The notes: generated by a model from the sequence alone, not told the origin. Counted from the first letter of the stretch, positions 47,633 to 56,760 are shown. The stretch: 64,000 bases of DNA from Bacillota bacterium (GCA_017397935.1 JAFQHN010000001.1:19134-83133), one strand, 5' to 3'. Numbers and translations: made by a program.

Positions 47633-48565
47633 ATGACCAAGCAAGAGCTTATCTCCCACCTGCTAAGTTTAAGCCGCAGCCTGAAAAATCTGGCGGATAT
47701 GCTGCAAAACCTGCCCGATGCCGACATAACCGACGCCTGGCAGCCACCCACCGAAATCTCCGCCGAAATAATTATTGATGAGATCAAAGAGCCCGAAATC
47801 AACATCACAAAAGATGAGGAAAATCTTACAGCCGATACCCAGGCCGACCAAAAACATGAGCAGCCTAATGAGCAGCCTAATGAGCAGCCTAATGATAAGC
47901 CGCAAGCCTCATCGCAGCCTTCCCCTCAGCCGCCCTTTAATCCGCTGGCTCAGCTTTTCGGCGGCTTAAAGCTCCCAAATATGCCCAATATAAACACACC
48001 CGCCCCCAATCCGCTTAATCTGCTGAATATGCTGGGCGGCAATCCCCTCGGCAATCTCGGCGGCCTGATGAACCCGGCAGGCCTGGCCGGCCTTGGCAGC
48101 AAATCCGGCTTAAATCTGCCCACCACGCTGACCGAGCTGCACGATAACCCCCAAATATTAAACATGGTCAATCAGGTGGCCGCCAATCCGCAATCCCTTT
48201 CGATGTTATCCCAGCTTACCGGCCAAAATCCCCAACAGCTGCAAACCATGCTGCAAGCCTTAAACCCCGCACCGACAGCCGCCACAGAAACCGTAAATAA
48301 TGCAGTAGCCGAAACCGCCGCTCCATCTTCCTTAAATGACATTTCCGGTCTTATATCCGGTTTGGGCAATCTGCTCGGCGGCAATCTTAATCAGCAGCCG
48401 GCCGTAAATCCATCCAACCCCGTAAATAATCTGCCCACCAATGCTGCTGTTATTTCCAATAATACCGCCATGCAGGCCATGCCCGTCACCCCTGCCACCG
48501 CCCATCTGGATAATCTGCTCGCTCAATGGCATTGGCAGCCTTATGCCCGCGTCTGGAAGATGTAA
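47633..48565 (+). CDS. Pro/Gln/Asn/Leu-rich low-complexity protein (unknown function)
   Basis: ATG 47633 behind AAAGGAGGA. 310 aa. Structured-looking N-terminus MTKQELISHLLSLSRSLKNLADMLQNL, then QPNEQPNEQPNDKPQ and NPLNLLNMLGGNPLGNLGGLMNPAGLAGLG type repeats. Confidence 0.55.
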   Translation: MTKQELISHLLSLSRSLKNLADMLQNLPDADITDAWQPPTEISAEIIIDEIKEPEINITKDEENLTADTQADQKHEQPNEQPNEQPNDKPQASSQPSPQPPFNPLAQLFGGLKLPNMPNINTPAPNPLNLLNMLGGNPLGNLGGLMNPAGLAGLGSKSGLNLPTTLTELHDNPQILNMVNQVAANPQSLSMLSQLTGQNPQQLQTMLQALNPAPTAATETVNNAVAETAAPSSLNDISGLISGLGNLLGGNLNQQPAVNPSNPVNNLPTNAAVISNNTAMQAMPVTPATAHLDNLLAQWHWQPYARVWKM

Positions 48566-48594
48566 ATAAAGATGTAAATAAAGATGTAAATAAA
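48559..48594. repeat. Triplicated 12-mer containing the stop codon of the preceding ORF
   Basis: GATGTAAATAAA three times, followed by (AAAATA)n. Confidence 0.85.
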
Positions 48595-48614
48595 AATAAA
48601 AATAAAAATATAAA

Positions 48615-48652
48615 TAGAATAAAAAAGCAGGCCTGCCCTCGCAAACCTGCTT
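48615..48652 (-). terminator. Intrinsic terminator of recF
   Basis: Minus strand AAGCAGG-loop-CCTGCTT followed by TTTTTTATTC. Confidence 0.6.
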
Positions 48653-48667
48653 AATATCCACTTTTAA

Positions 48668-49798
48668 TTAAACACGCCGCACCTTCCCCGCACTTACCGA
48701 GAAACTGTAATAATCGTTAGGCTGCAAAACCGGCAAATCGTCGCCCACATCGGTGGATGTAATAAAAATCTGCGCCTTATTCAACATCAACCGCAGCAGT
48801 GCTCTGCGCCTGTTGGCATCCAATTCCGAGAACACATCGTCCAGCAGCAGCAGCGGATAATAACCGGCCACCTGCTGCACCAGCTCGATCTCCGATAATT
48901 TCAGCGCCAGCGCCGCCGTTCTCTGCTGCCCCTGAGAGCCGTAATGCCGCCCGTCCACTCCGTTAATAAATATGCGGAAGTCATCACGGTGCGGTCCCAC
49001 CAGCGTCAGCCGCCGCCTTTTTTCCTCCTCACGCCCCGCCGCATAAGCCGTCAGCAGCGCCTCGGCATAGTCCTGCTCGCCCGCATCCTCCGGTAATTCC
49101 GCAAACGGAGAGCTGTATTCCAGCCGCAGCTCCTCCTGTCCGCCCGTCAGCCTGCCATGAATTTCCCGGCTAATCTCATTCAGGTGCGCCAACATCTGCC
49201 GCCGCATTTTAATAATCACCGCGCCGTTTCGGGCCAGCTGCTCATCCCACACCGCCAACTCGGCATCTGCCGCCTCTGCCCCCGCCTTAAAATCCAGCTG
49301 CTTTAAGAAATTATTGCGCTGCATCAGGGCCTTCTTATAATTGCTCAAATACAGGTGATATCCACGGTACAGCTGGATCATCTCGCGGTCCAAAAAATGC
49401 CGCCGCACCTCTGGCCCCTTCTTCACCAGCTCCAAATCCTCCGGCTGAAAAACCACCGTATGCAAAAACCCGGCAATCTCGCTGATTTTCTTGCAAGGCA
49501 CCTCGTCCTTCTTCCAAAACCGCTGCCGCCGCTGATACCCGACAGACAGCGTGTGACTGCCGCCCTTATCGCACAGCTCCGCCTTCAAAAAGAAGAAATC
49601 CTCATCCCACCGCTTAATTTTCTCCTCATTTTGCTCACGGAAGGATGACCCCAGGCTCAGATAAGCGATGGCCTCCAACAAATTGGTCTTGCCCTGCGCA
49701 TTATCCCCGCAAATAATATTCAGCTTCGGGTGAAAATGCAAACTGCATTCGTGATAATTACGAAAATTCCGCAGCAATATGCTGTTCAAGCGCAGCAC
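48668..49798 (-). CDS. recF: DNA replication and repair protein RecF
   Basis: ORF 48668..49807. Preferred start is GTG 49798, 8 nt behind GGGAGG. LRNFRNY..., Walker A GDNAQGKTNLLEAI, and an LLLDDVFSELD Walker B-like region. Confidence 0.92.
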   Translation of the reverse strand: MLRLNSILLRNFRNYHECSLHFHPKLNIICGDNAQGKTNLLEAIAYLSLGSSFREQNEEKIKRWDEDFFFLKAELCDKGGSHTLSVGYQRRQRFWKKDEVPCKKISEIAGFLHTVVFQPEDLELVKKGPEVRRHFLDREMIQLYRGYHLYLSNYKKALMQRNNFLKQLDFKAGAEAADAELAVWDEQLARNGAVIIKMRRQMLAHLNEISREIHGRLTGGQEELRLEYSSPFAELPEDAGEQDYAEALLTAYAAGREEEKRRRLTLVGPHRDDFRIFINGVDGRHYGSQGQQRTAALALKLSEIELVQQVAGYYPLLLLDDVFSELDANRRRALLRLMLNKAQIFITSTDVGDDLPVLQPNDYYSFSVSAGKVRRV

Positions 49799-49809
49799 CT
49801 CGGCCACCT

Positions 49810-49985
49810 CCCTTTTTTATACCCAACTACTCTCTGCAATAAATTACTTTATTTTTTCTCTCAACATATCGGTATTTCCAAATATAAACTATATTTTTTA
49901 TACCCAACTACTATCTTCTATAAAAAAACTTCTACTTTCTCTTTTACTCCATCATATTTTCACTATAAAAATCTCTGCCCTTTTC
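49810..49985. repeat. Two tandem 81-bp units of the TTTTATACC-head family plus shared tail motif, abutting the recF RBS
   Basis: TTTTTTATACCCAACTACTCTCTGC... and TTTTTTATACCCAACTACTATCTTC... (heads ~49819 and 49900). Tail TTCACTATAAAAATCTCTGC at ~49959. Confidence 0.85.
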
Positions 49986-50070
49986 CCACGGCTCCTAAAA
50001 ATTTTGTATAAAACCTTATATAAATAGGCGTACAAAACTCTGCACGCCTATTTTAATTTCTATTAAATTA

Positions 50071-50349
50071 TTAAAATTCCTCTGCCATCACCAGATAATG
50101 CATTTCCTCATCCACTTCATCATCCGCAGCCAGGGTTACCAAATCACCGGCCTGCAATTTCTGGCCGGCCACCGTACAAACCTGCCCGTTCAACAGCACC
50201 AAGCCCTCACGCACCAGCTCCTTGGCCTCGCCGCCGGTCAGCACCAGCCCGGCCCACTTCAAAAACTGGGTCAAAGTGATCGGAAAACTGTTCACCGCAA
50301 TCTTATTCACATTTTCGGGCATATCTGCCATAAAATTTTCCTTATTCAT
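50071..50349 (-). CDS. yaaA: S4-domain RNA-binding protein YaaA
   Basis: 92 aa. ITLTQFLKWAGLVLTGGEAKELVREGLVLLNGQ resembles Bacillus YaaA, and it holds the conserved dnaN-yaaA-recF position. The start could be the internal ATG at 50331. Confidence 0.8.
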   Translation of the reverse strand: MNKENFMADMPENVNKIAVNSFPITLTQFLKWAGLVLTGGEAKELVREGLVLLNGQVCTVAGQKLQAGDLVTLAADDEVDEEMHYLVMAEEF

Positions 50350-50363
50350 ATCAAATTCCTCGC

Positions 50364-51479
50364 TTACGGGTTCACCAGACGCAGCGGCAAAATAATATAA
50401 ATAAAGCTTTCGTTATCCTCCTCGGTCATAGTGCCGGGGGTCAGATTACCGGAGAGCTGCATATAAATATTCTCGCTGCTGCTTACCTTCAAAAAGTCCA
50501 GAATATACTTCAAATTATAACCCACCAGCAGCTCCTCACCGCTTACCGTCGCCGCAATAACCTCACGGATGTTGCCAATATCGCTGGTGTTGGCGGTCAT
50601 TATTATCTGCTCCGGCTTAAATTCCAGACGCACAGTGTTGTTGGCGTCCTTGCTCAGCAGGCTGGCACGCTTCAAAGAGCTGTTAAACAAACTCTTATTC
50701 ACAAAAATCCGGTGCTTAAACTGCTCCTCCTTCGGGATGATCGGATGATAGTCCGGGAACTGCCCCGAAATCAACCGGGAGATAATGATCGTCGAACCCA
50801 GGCGGAAGCAAATATTATTTCTGCTGATGTTGATCTGCACTTCCTCCTCGGCATCAGCCAGCGCAGCCACATCCAGCATGGTCTTGGCCGGCACAATAAC
50901 CTTCATCGCCGCGGTGTTGTCCGTCTGCCACACCGCCTTGGATAAGGTCAGACGGTGGAAGTCGGTCGCCACAAAGTTAATGTTCGCCCCGTCAATATCC
51001 ATCATAATACCGGTCAAAATCGGCTGAATTTCATCATTGGCGCAGGCAATGGCTGTCTGCTTCACAATTCTGGCAAACATATCACCTTTCAGGCTGCCGG
51101 CCAGCTCGCCCTGCAAATCCGGCAGATGCGGAAACTGGTCGCTCTCAAAGCCGCGTACATTGATAGAAGAAATACCGTAGTTGATATTCACATCATAATC
51201 GTTGATCAGGCTGATATTGATATTATTATCCGGCAGCTGGCGCACAATATCAATAAACCGTTTGCCGTCGGCAATCACCAACCGCCCGGGGCTTACCACA
51301 TCGGCCGGCACATCGCACTGCACCGCAATATCCAGGTCAGTCGCCCGCATGGTAATATGGTTATCCTCGGCAATAATCAAAATACCGGCCAAAATAGGCA
51401 TGGTATTCTTGGTAGAAATCGCCTTGCCGATAATCTGCACCCCAAATAATAAATCTTCTCTCTGGCAATTAAAGTTCAT
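50364..51479 (-). CDS. dnaN: DNA polymerase III beta sliding clamp
   Basis: ORF 50364..51548, trimmed to ATG 51479 behind AAGGAGAG. MNFNCQREDLLFGVQIIGKAISTKNTMPILAGILI is a typical DnaN N-terminus. 371 aa. Confidence 0.93.
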   Translation of the reverse strand: MNFNCQREDLLFGVQIIGKAISTKNTMPILAGILIIAEDNHITMRATDLDIAVQCDVPADVVSPGRLVIADGKRFIDIVRQLPDNNINISLINDYDVNINYGISSINVRGFESDQFPHLPDLQGELAGSLKGDMFARIVKQTAIACANDEIQPILTGIMMDIDGANINFVATDFHRLTLSKAVWQTDNTAAMKVIVPAKTMLDVAALADAEEEVQINISRNNICFRLGSTIIISRLISGQFPDYHPIIPKEEQFKHRIFVNKSLFNSSLKRASLLSKDANNTVRLEFKPEQIIMTANTSDIGNIREVIAATVSGEELLVGYNLKYILDFLKVSSSENIYMQLSGNLTPGTMTEEDNESFIYIILPLRLVNP

Positions 51480-51548
51480 GATGCTCTCCTTAAAGCTTAA
51501 AAAACATTCAGTTTCGGTATTACAGCATATTTTGCTTCCTAACAGCAT

Positions 51549-52446
51549 AAAATCAATATAGCATTAGGCAAAAAACAGCCAAAAAGATTTTGCTTAAAAA
51601 AATTTTTTGGCGTTATCATCAGTCATATTCTCAAATTTATGCACATATATTATTACACATATATTATTATTATAATAATTTAGTAGCAGTATTATTAGGC
51701 CATGTTTATATTGTGGAAAACTATCCCCAAGTCAGGTTTTATCGGGCTTCCTCCCCCTGGATAACAATGTGGATACTCACAATCCCCAATATTCCACAAT
51801 TAACATTTTCAAACATCCTCGCCGGCATCCAACATTTTTCCAACAACCGTAATAACAACTTTTTCAACAATTCTGGAAAATTCTGTGGAAAACTATTACA
51901 GGCGGCACTACCATTTTAGTCATTATACTATATTTCAACAATTATCACAAGAGCATTTTTCTATTTCTTCCGGACATTTGTGGACAAGTTCTTTATACCT
52001 ATCTACTTTCCTCTTTCGTTCCAACTTTATCCACTATCTCCATTTATTCCTTCTACCATCCATTCCTGCATATTTGATACCTTTACTACATTTATTTTTC
52101 GTCCCAACTTTATCCACTGTTTCATAAATTTTTTGTTTTTCCACCCATCTCTGCATTTTTTTATACCTAACTTATTTTATCTTTCGCCCAAACTGTTTCT
52201 CTATATTTCCACATTTCTTTTCTATCATAATATCCACATCTTTTATACCTACCTACTTTCCTCCTTCTCTCCTCCTTTCCTCACTATAATTTATTAACTA
52301 TTCACTTTTCACCATTCACCATTCACTCTTAACTCTTAAAATATAAAAATCGCCTGCCCTTACCTTCGGCAGACGATTTTTCTCATCTAAATTCAATTAT
52401 TCTACTTTTCCTGACTCTCCAACGGCTTCAAAAACCCCTCAAAATC
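51549..52446. other. oriC: oriC (dnaA-dnaN spacer): AT-rich unwinding element, DnaA-trio, and at least 10 DnaA boxes
   Basis: 898-bp non-coding spacer with a very AT-rich stretch at ~51590-51680. DnaA-box matches (0-2 mismatches to TTATCCACA, both strands) lie at ~51712, 51768, 51790, 51884, 51979, 52027, 52110, 52205 and 52230. Confidence 0.8.
51681..51701 (+). promoter_or_regulatory. DnaA-trio-like element with GC cluster
   Basis: TAG TAG CAG TAT TAT TAG followed by GCC. It sits between the AT-rich region and the first DnaA box (TGTGGAAAA at 51712), the arrangement described for Bacillus subtilis oriC. Confidence 0.55.
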
Positions 52447-53796
52447 TTACCCTGTGATCATCTCGGTCAGATCCTTGATATTCTTCTGCAAATTGATGTC
52501 CGTTTTCAAATCAGCGGTGATTTTCTTGGTGCCGTGCAATACGGTAGTATGGTCGCGCTTGCCAAAATTATCGCCAATCTCGTTCAAACTCATATTCAGC
52601 AGGGTCTGGCACAAATACATGGCGATGTGCCGCGGCTTGGTAATGCTCTGGTCGCGCCGCGGAGAAGCCAAATCGCTGCTCTGCAAGCCAAAGTAAGACG
52701 CTACCGAGTCCTTGATCAATGCCGGCGTCAGCGCCTGCTTTTTCTTGTTGGGCAGCAGATCCTCCATCACCGTTTCGGTCAGCGCCAGATTGATGATCGG
52801 CGAACCGTTGACCATAGCATAATACTTCACGCGGTTCAGCGCACCCTCCAGCTCACGGATGTTCGACGGAATGTTGGTGGCGATGTACGCGATGGAATCC
52901 TCGGTAATTTTCAAATTTTCCATCTCGGCCTTATATTGCAGAATAGCAATACGGGTTTCCAAATCAGGCTGCTGCACATCGGTGATCAAGCCGCCCTCAA
53001 ACCGTGACCGCAAACGCTCCTCCAAAGTCGCGATCTCCTTGGGATGGCGGTCAGAGCTGATAACAATTTGCTTGCCTTGCTCATACAACGCATTAAAGGT
53101 ATGGAAGAATTCCTCCTGCGTGGTTTCCTTGCCGGCCAAAAACTGAATATCGTCGATCAGCAAAATATCCGCATTACGGTATCTCAGCTTAAATTTTTCA
53201 ATATTACCCTGCCGTACCGCGCTGATAAATTCGTTGGTAAAAGTCTCGGTAGAGATATACAAAATATTGGCGTTGGGATTATTCTGTGTCACCCGGTGGC
53301 CAATAGCGTGCATCAAATGGGTCTTGCCCAGGCCGCTTCCGCCGTAGATAAACAGCGGGTTATAGTTTTTAGCCGGCCGGTCAGCCACCGCCAACGCCGC
53401 CGCATGGGCAAAACGGTTGCTGGTGCCCACCACAAAGCTCTCAAAATTATACCGCGGATTAAACCGGTTGGCATTGGGGTTGGCCGGCTTGATGTAAGGA
53501 GAGGTGCGGTATTCGGCCGGCGCCTCCTGCGGCTTCCTTTCGGCAGCCTCCATGTTGTCACCTATGTAATAGATAATATCCAGCTTTTCCTGGGCAATCT
53601 TGGTCACAATTTCATGCAAAATCTGCCCGTAATGGCTTTCCATCCATTCCGCCTGCTCATTACTGTATACCTTCAAATATAATGAAGACTGTTTTTTATC
53701 CACCGCCAACACATTCATAAACCAGTGGTCAACCGCATTCTGGCTCAAATGATTGCGCAGTTCGGTTATAATTTGGGGCCAAAGCTCATAATTCAT
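52447..53796 (-). CDS. dnaA: Chromosomal replication initiator protein DnaA
   Basis: 449 aa. Walker A GGSGLGKTHLMHAIG, IDDIQFLAGKE, and a C-terminal DNA-binding domain (...RHIAMYLCQTLLNMSLNEIGDNFGKRDHTTVLHG). Confidence 0.97.
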   Translation of the reverse strand: MNYELWPQIITELRNHLSQNAVDHWFMNVLAVDKKQSSLYLKVYSNEQAEWMESHYGQILHEIVTKIAQEKLDIIYYIGDNMEAAERKPQEAPAEYRTSPYIKPANPNANRFNPRYNFESFVVGTSNRFAHAAALAVADRPAKNYNPLFIYGGSGLGKTHLMHAIGHRVTQNNPNANILYISTETFTNEFISAVRQGNIEKFKLRYRNADILLIDDIQFLAGKETTQEEFFHTFNALYEQGKQIVISSDRHPKEIATLEERLRSRFEGGLITDVQQPDLETRIAILQYKAEMENLKITEDSIAYIATNIPSNIRELEGALNRVKYYAMVNGSPIINLALTETVMEDLLPNKKKQALTPALIKDSVASYFGLQSSDLASPRRDQSITKPRHIAMYLCQTLLNMSLNEIGDNFGKRDHTTVLHGTKKITADLKTDINLQKNIKDLTEMITG

Positions 53797-53895
53797 AAAA
53801 AATCACCTAAAATATCAACAAAAATTGGGGAATATTCCCGTAAAATAAGGTCGAAATCTTTCGAATCCCTAATGTATTGTCTATGATAACAAAAT

Positions 53896-53928
53896 TTATC
53901 CACTTTGACAAGCCATTTTTGTGGAAAA
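53896..53928. promoter_or_regulatory. DnaA boxes upstream of dnaA (second oriC / autoregulatory cluster)
   Basis: TTATCCACT (~53896-53904) and TGTGGAAAA (~53920-53928, reverse complement TTTTCCACA) in the dnaA-rpmH divergent spacer. Confidence 0.6.
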
Positions 53929-53966
53929 GTTAGGACATTTACGGACATCTTTTTTTGGCAGGTATC

Positions 53967-53995
53967 TTGACAAATATCATATTTTTTATTATGAT
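53967..53995 (+). promoter_or_regulatory. Sigma-A type promoter of rpmH
   Basis: TTGACA, 17-nt spacer, TATGAT (followed by ATAAT). Confidence 0.6.
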
Positions 53996-54093
53996 ATAAT
54001 TTACCTGTTGTATGACTATGTTCAGATAGTCGTAGCGAACAGAGGCATCTTTAATCATCAAAGAGCGATTAAAAAAGAATGGAGGTATTGATG

Positions 54094-54228
54094 ATGAAAA
54101 GAACTTATCAGCCGAAAAACCGTGTTCATAAGAGAGTACATGGCTTTCTGGCCCGCATGAGCAGCAAAAACGGCCGCAAGGTTTTGGCTCGCCGTCGCGC
54201 TAAGGGCCGCAAGGTTTTGTCTGCCTAA
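54094..54228 (+). CDS. rpmH: 50S ribosomal protein L34
   Basis: Below the ORF-track size cutoff. Hand translation gives (M)[53 protein letters not shown]. The start could be ATG 54091 or 54094. Confidence 0.93.
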   Translation: MKRTYQPKNRVHKRVHGFLARMSSKNGRKVLARRRAKGRKVLSA

Positions 54229-54430
54229 TATATAGAGGCAAAATCTTATCCGGTTTTGTCACATTTTTCTTCAAAGCGCTACCCTTTGGGGCAGGGTTTG
54301 TTTCCTGTACCCCAAAGGTAGTCAGCTTCGAGATTTCGGCAAAGCCCCACAGCCCGTGCCAAGTGCAGTATTTATTGCCGCAAATTTACGGTTTATTCAG
54401 TAAAATATTTTTGATAAAGAAGAGTATTAT

Positions 54431-54772
54431 ATGTTAAAGCAGGGCAATCGTTTGAAAAGAAGGCAGGATTTTCGTCGGGTTTATCAACGGGGAAAATCGC
54501 TTAAAAACCATGCTTTTGTCATGTGCTGGCGGCCGGCGCAAAAACAAAATTTGCGTATCGGCTTCTCGGTATCCAAAAAAATCGGTAAAGCGGTAGAACG
54601 CAACCGGGTTCGCCGCAGGCTGCGTGAGGCTTGCAGGTTAGAGCTCGCTGCTTTTGCGCCCGGCTATGATTATGTCTTTATTGCCCGGACAGGCGCCAAA
54701 GAGGAAACTGTGGAGAGCTTTCGCGCCCGTCTGTTAAAGATTTTGCAAACTGCCAACTTAACCCCCCGCTGA
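54431..54772 (+). CDS. rnpA: Ribonuclease P protein component
   Basis: 113 aa, basic. [10 protein letters not shown]...[23 protein letters not shown] (RNR motif). Confidence 0.9.
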   Translation: MLKQGNRLKRRQDFRRVYQRGKSLKNHAFVMCWRPAQKQNLRIGFSVSKKIGKAVERNRVRRRLREACRLELAAFAPGYDYVFIARTGAKEETVESFRARLLKILQTANLTPR

Positions 54773-54812
54773 TCTCAGTTCTTGTTTGCGAATTTTGTAC
54801 GGGGTACTGCTT

Positions 54813-55022
54813 ATGCGTAAAGTTTTCATATTACTTATCCGCTTTTATCAAGTGGCAATCTCACCTTACCTCGGCCCAAATTGCCGTTATACTCCCACTT
54901 GCTCGGCTTACGCCATCCAGGCTATCGAGAAATACGGTGCCTTAAAGGGCGGCTGGATGGCCTTCAAGCGTATTTTGCGCTGCCACCCCTTCCATAAAGG
55001 TGGCTATGACCCGGTAAAATAA
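54813..55022 (+). CDS. yidD: Membrane protein insertion efficiency factor YidD
   Basis: ATG 54813. [35 protein letters not shown]...RILRCHPF, typical YidD. Confidence 0.9.
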   Translation: MRKVFILLIRFYQVAISPYLGPNCRYTPTCSAYAIQAIEKYGALKGGWMAFKRILRCHPFHKGGYDPVK

Positions 55023-55083
55023 AAATTTTCGCCGGTTATTTTTTTATCCGGCACCCAGCTTATAAAAGGAAGCTAAAAATTTA

Positions 55084-55908
55084 ATGTTTGATAGTTTTGT
55101 AACCAACTGCCTGGAAGGTATTTTCCGGGTAACAATGAATCTGGGTTTCCCCAGTTACGCCATCGCGATAATGGTTATCGCCGTGGTGATCAGAATGGTC
55201 CTGCTGCCGCTTAACATGAACCAACTGCGTTCGTCCATCGCCATGCAGCAGATTCAGCCTCAGCTCAAAGAGATTCAGGCAAAATACGCCAATAATCCTG
55301 AGCTGATGAATCAAAAAACCATGCAGCTTTATCAGGATTACGAGATTAACCCCATGGCAGGCTGCCTGCCGCTGTTAATTCAGTTCCCCATCTTGATTGG
55401 CCTCTATAACGGCCTCAGCTCTTTCGTTCCGCAGTACAGCGAGTATTACAAGTTCCTGTGGATTCCGGATTTAAGTCAGGTTGATACCACTTACATTATG
55501 GTATTGTTGGTCGGTGCCAGCACGGCGCTCCAAAGCGTGATCGTTACCGGAAAACCCACCCAGGCAATGCAGTGGTATATGGTAATCGCCATGCCCCTGA
55601 TGATGGGTTGGATGGCTGCCAAATTCCCGGCCTTCCTGTGCATTTACTGGCTGTCCATCACCGTTGTCGGCATCTTCCAGCAGCTGCTTATCACCAAGCC
55701 TGTCAAGAAGAAAATGGAAAAGCGTCAGGCTGAACTTGCCGAGGAACGCCGCCAGAAATTAGAGGAGCGTAATGCGGCCAATGCCGTGGCCAAAGCCAAC
55801 CGCGCTGCCAGAAGAGCTGAAAAAAACAACAAATCCATCGAAGAAATTGAAGCCGCCGGCGAACAAAAACAGCGAGAACATAAGAAAAATCGCCGCCGCA
55901 GCAGATAA
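55084..55908 (+). CDS. yidC: Membrane protein insertase YidC/OxaA (SpoIIIJ-like) with basic tail
   Basis: 274 aa. LPLNMNQLRSS...MQLYQDYEINPMAGCLPLLIQFPILIGLY is the 60-kDa inner-membrane insertase core. Confidence 0.9.
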   Translation: MFDSFVTNCLEGIFRVTMNLGFPSYAIAIMVIAVVIRMVLLPLNMNQLRSSIAMQQIQPQLKEIQAKYANNPELMNQKTMQLYQDYEINPMAGCLPLLIQFPILIGLYNGLSSFVPQYSEYYKFLWIPDLSQVDTTYIMVLLVGASTALQSVIVTGKPTQAMQWYMVIAMPLMMGWMAAKFPAFLCIYWLSITVVGIFQQLLITKPVKKKMEKRQAELAEERRQKLEERNAANAVAKANRAARRAEKNNKSIEEIEAAGEQKQREHKKNRRRSR

Positions 55909-56016
55909 GAAAATTATTACGCTCTGTTTTGGGAAAATTTTCTATAATAATTTTCTTATATTATACCGGTTATTATTGCGGCCGTTATTTTTTAACGGTT
56001 AGAGGAGGCAATAAAA

Positions 56017-56667
56017 ATGATTGTTTTAGAGAAATCTGCGAAAACTGTGGACGCAGCCGTAGAGCTGGCGCTGAAAGAACTCGGCGTAGCCAAGGCTGAT
56101 GTCGAGGTTGAGGTTCTGGACCCCGGTTCCAAGGGTGTTCTTGGCCTGTTCGGCGGCAAAGATGCCGTAGTTCGCGTTAGTTATAATGATAACAACCCTG
56201 GCCGTGACGCCATCAACTTCTTGCAGCCCATTTTCGCCAAGCTGAAAGTTAACCCCACCTACACCATCGAGGAAAAAGAAGGTATGGTTTGGATCACCTT
56301 CAAAGGCAAGGGTCTGGGCGCCATCATCGGCCGCCGCGGCGAGACTCTGGACGCTCTCCAATATCTCACCAACCTCTCGGTCAATCGCCAGTTCGAGGAG
56401 AAAAGTCGCATCGTGCTGGATGTTGAGGGTTACCGTGCCGAGCGTGAAAAAACGCTGGCCAATCTGGCCAAAAAAATGGCTGATAAAGCCCGCCGCAGCG
56501 AGCGTGATGTGATTTTGGAGCCGATGAGCCCCCATGAACGCCGCGTTATCCATATCGCTTTGCAGGATATGGAGGACATCAAAACCGTCAGCGTCGGCGA
56601 GGAGCCTTATCGCAAAATCATTATCAAGCGTGTGCACAAAGAAAAATCCGGTTATGATGCCGAATAA
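56017..56667 (+). CDS. jag: Jag/KhpB RNA-binding protein (Jag_N, KH, R3H)
   Basis: 216 aa. GAIIGRRGETLDALQYL (KH) and EPMSPHERRVIHIAL (R3H). Conserved position after yidC. Confidence 0.88.
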   Translation: MIVLEKSAKTVDAAVELALKELGVAKADVEVEVLDPGSKGVLGLFGGKDAVVRVSYNDNNPGRDAINFLQPIFAKLKVNPTYTIEEKEGMVWITFKGKGLGAIIGRRGETLDALQYLTNLSVNRQFEEKSRIVLDVEGYRAEREKTLANLAKKMADKARRSERDVILEPMSPHERRVIHIALQDMEDIKTVSVGEEPYRKIIIKRVHKEKSGYDAE

Positions 56668-56688
56668 TCTTGTGATATGACTTAATTT

Positions 56689-56721
56689 CAGGCTGCTTGC
56701 GGAGGTGAGCAGCCTGTTTTT
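56689..56721 (+). terminator. Intrinsic terminator after jag
   Basis: CAGGCTGCT-loop-AGCAGCCTG followed by TTTTTG. Confidence 0.75.
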
Positions 56722-56760
56722 GTACCCGTTTTTTTTTCTGCTGATAAGGGAGGTATTTTT

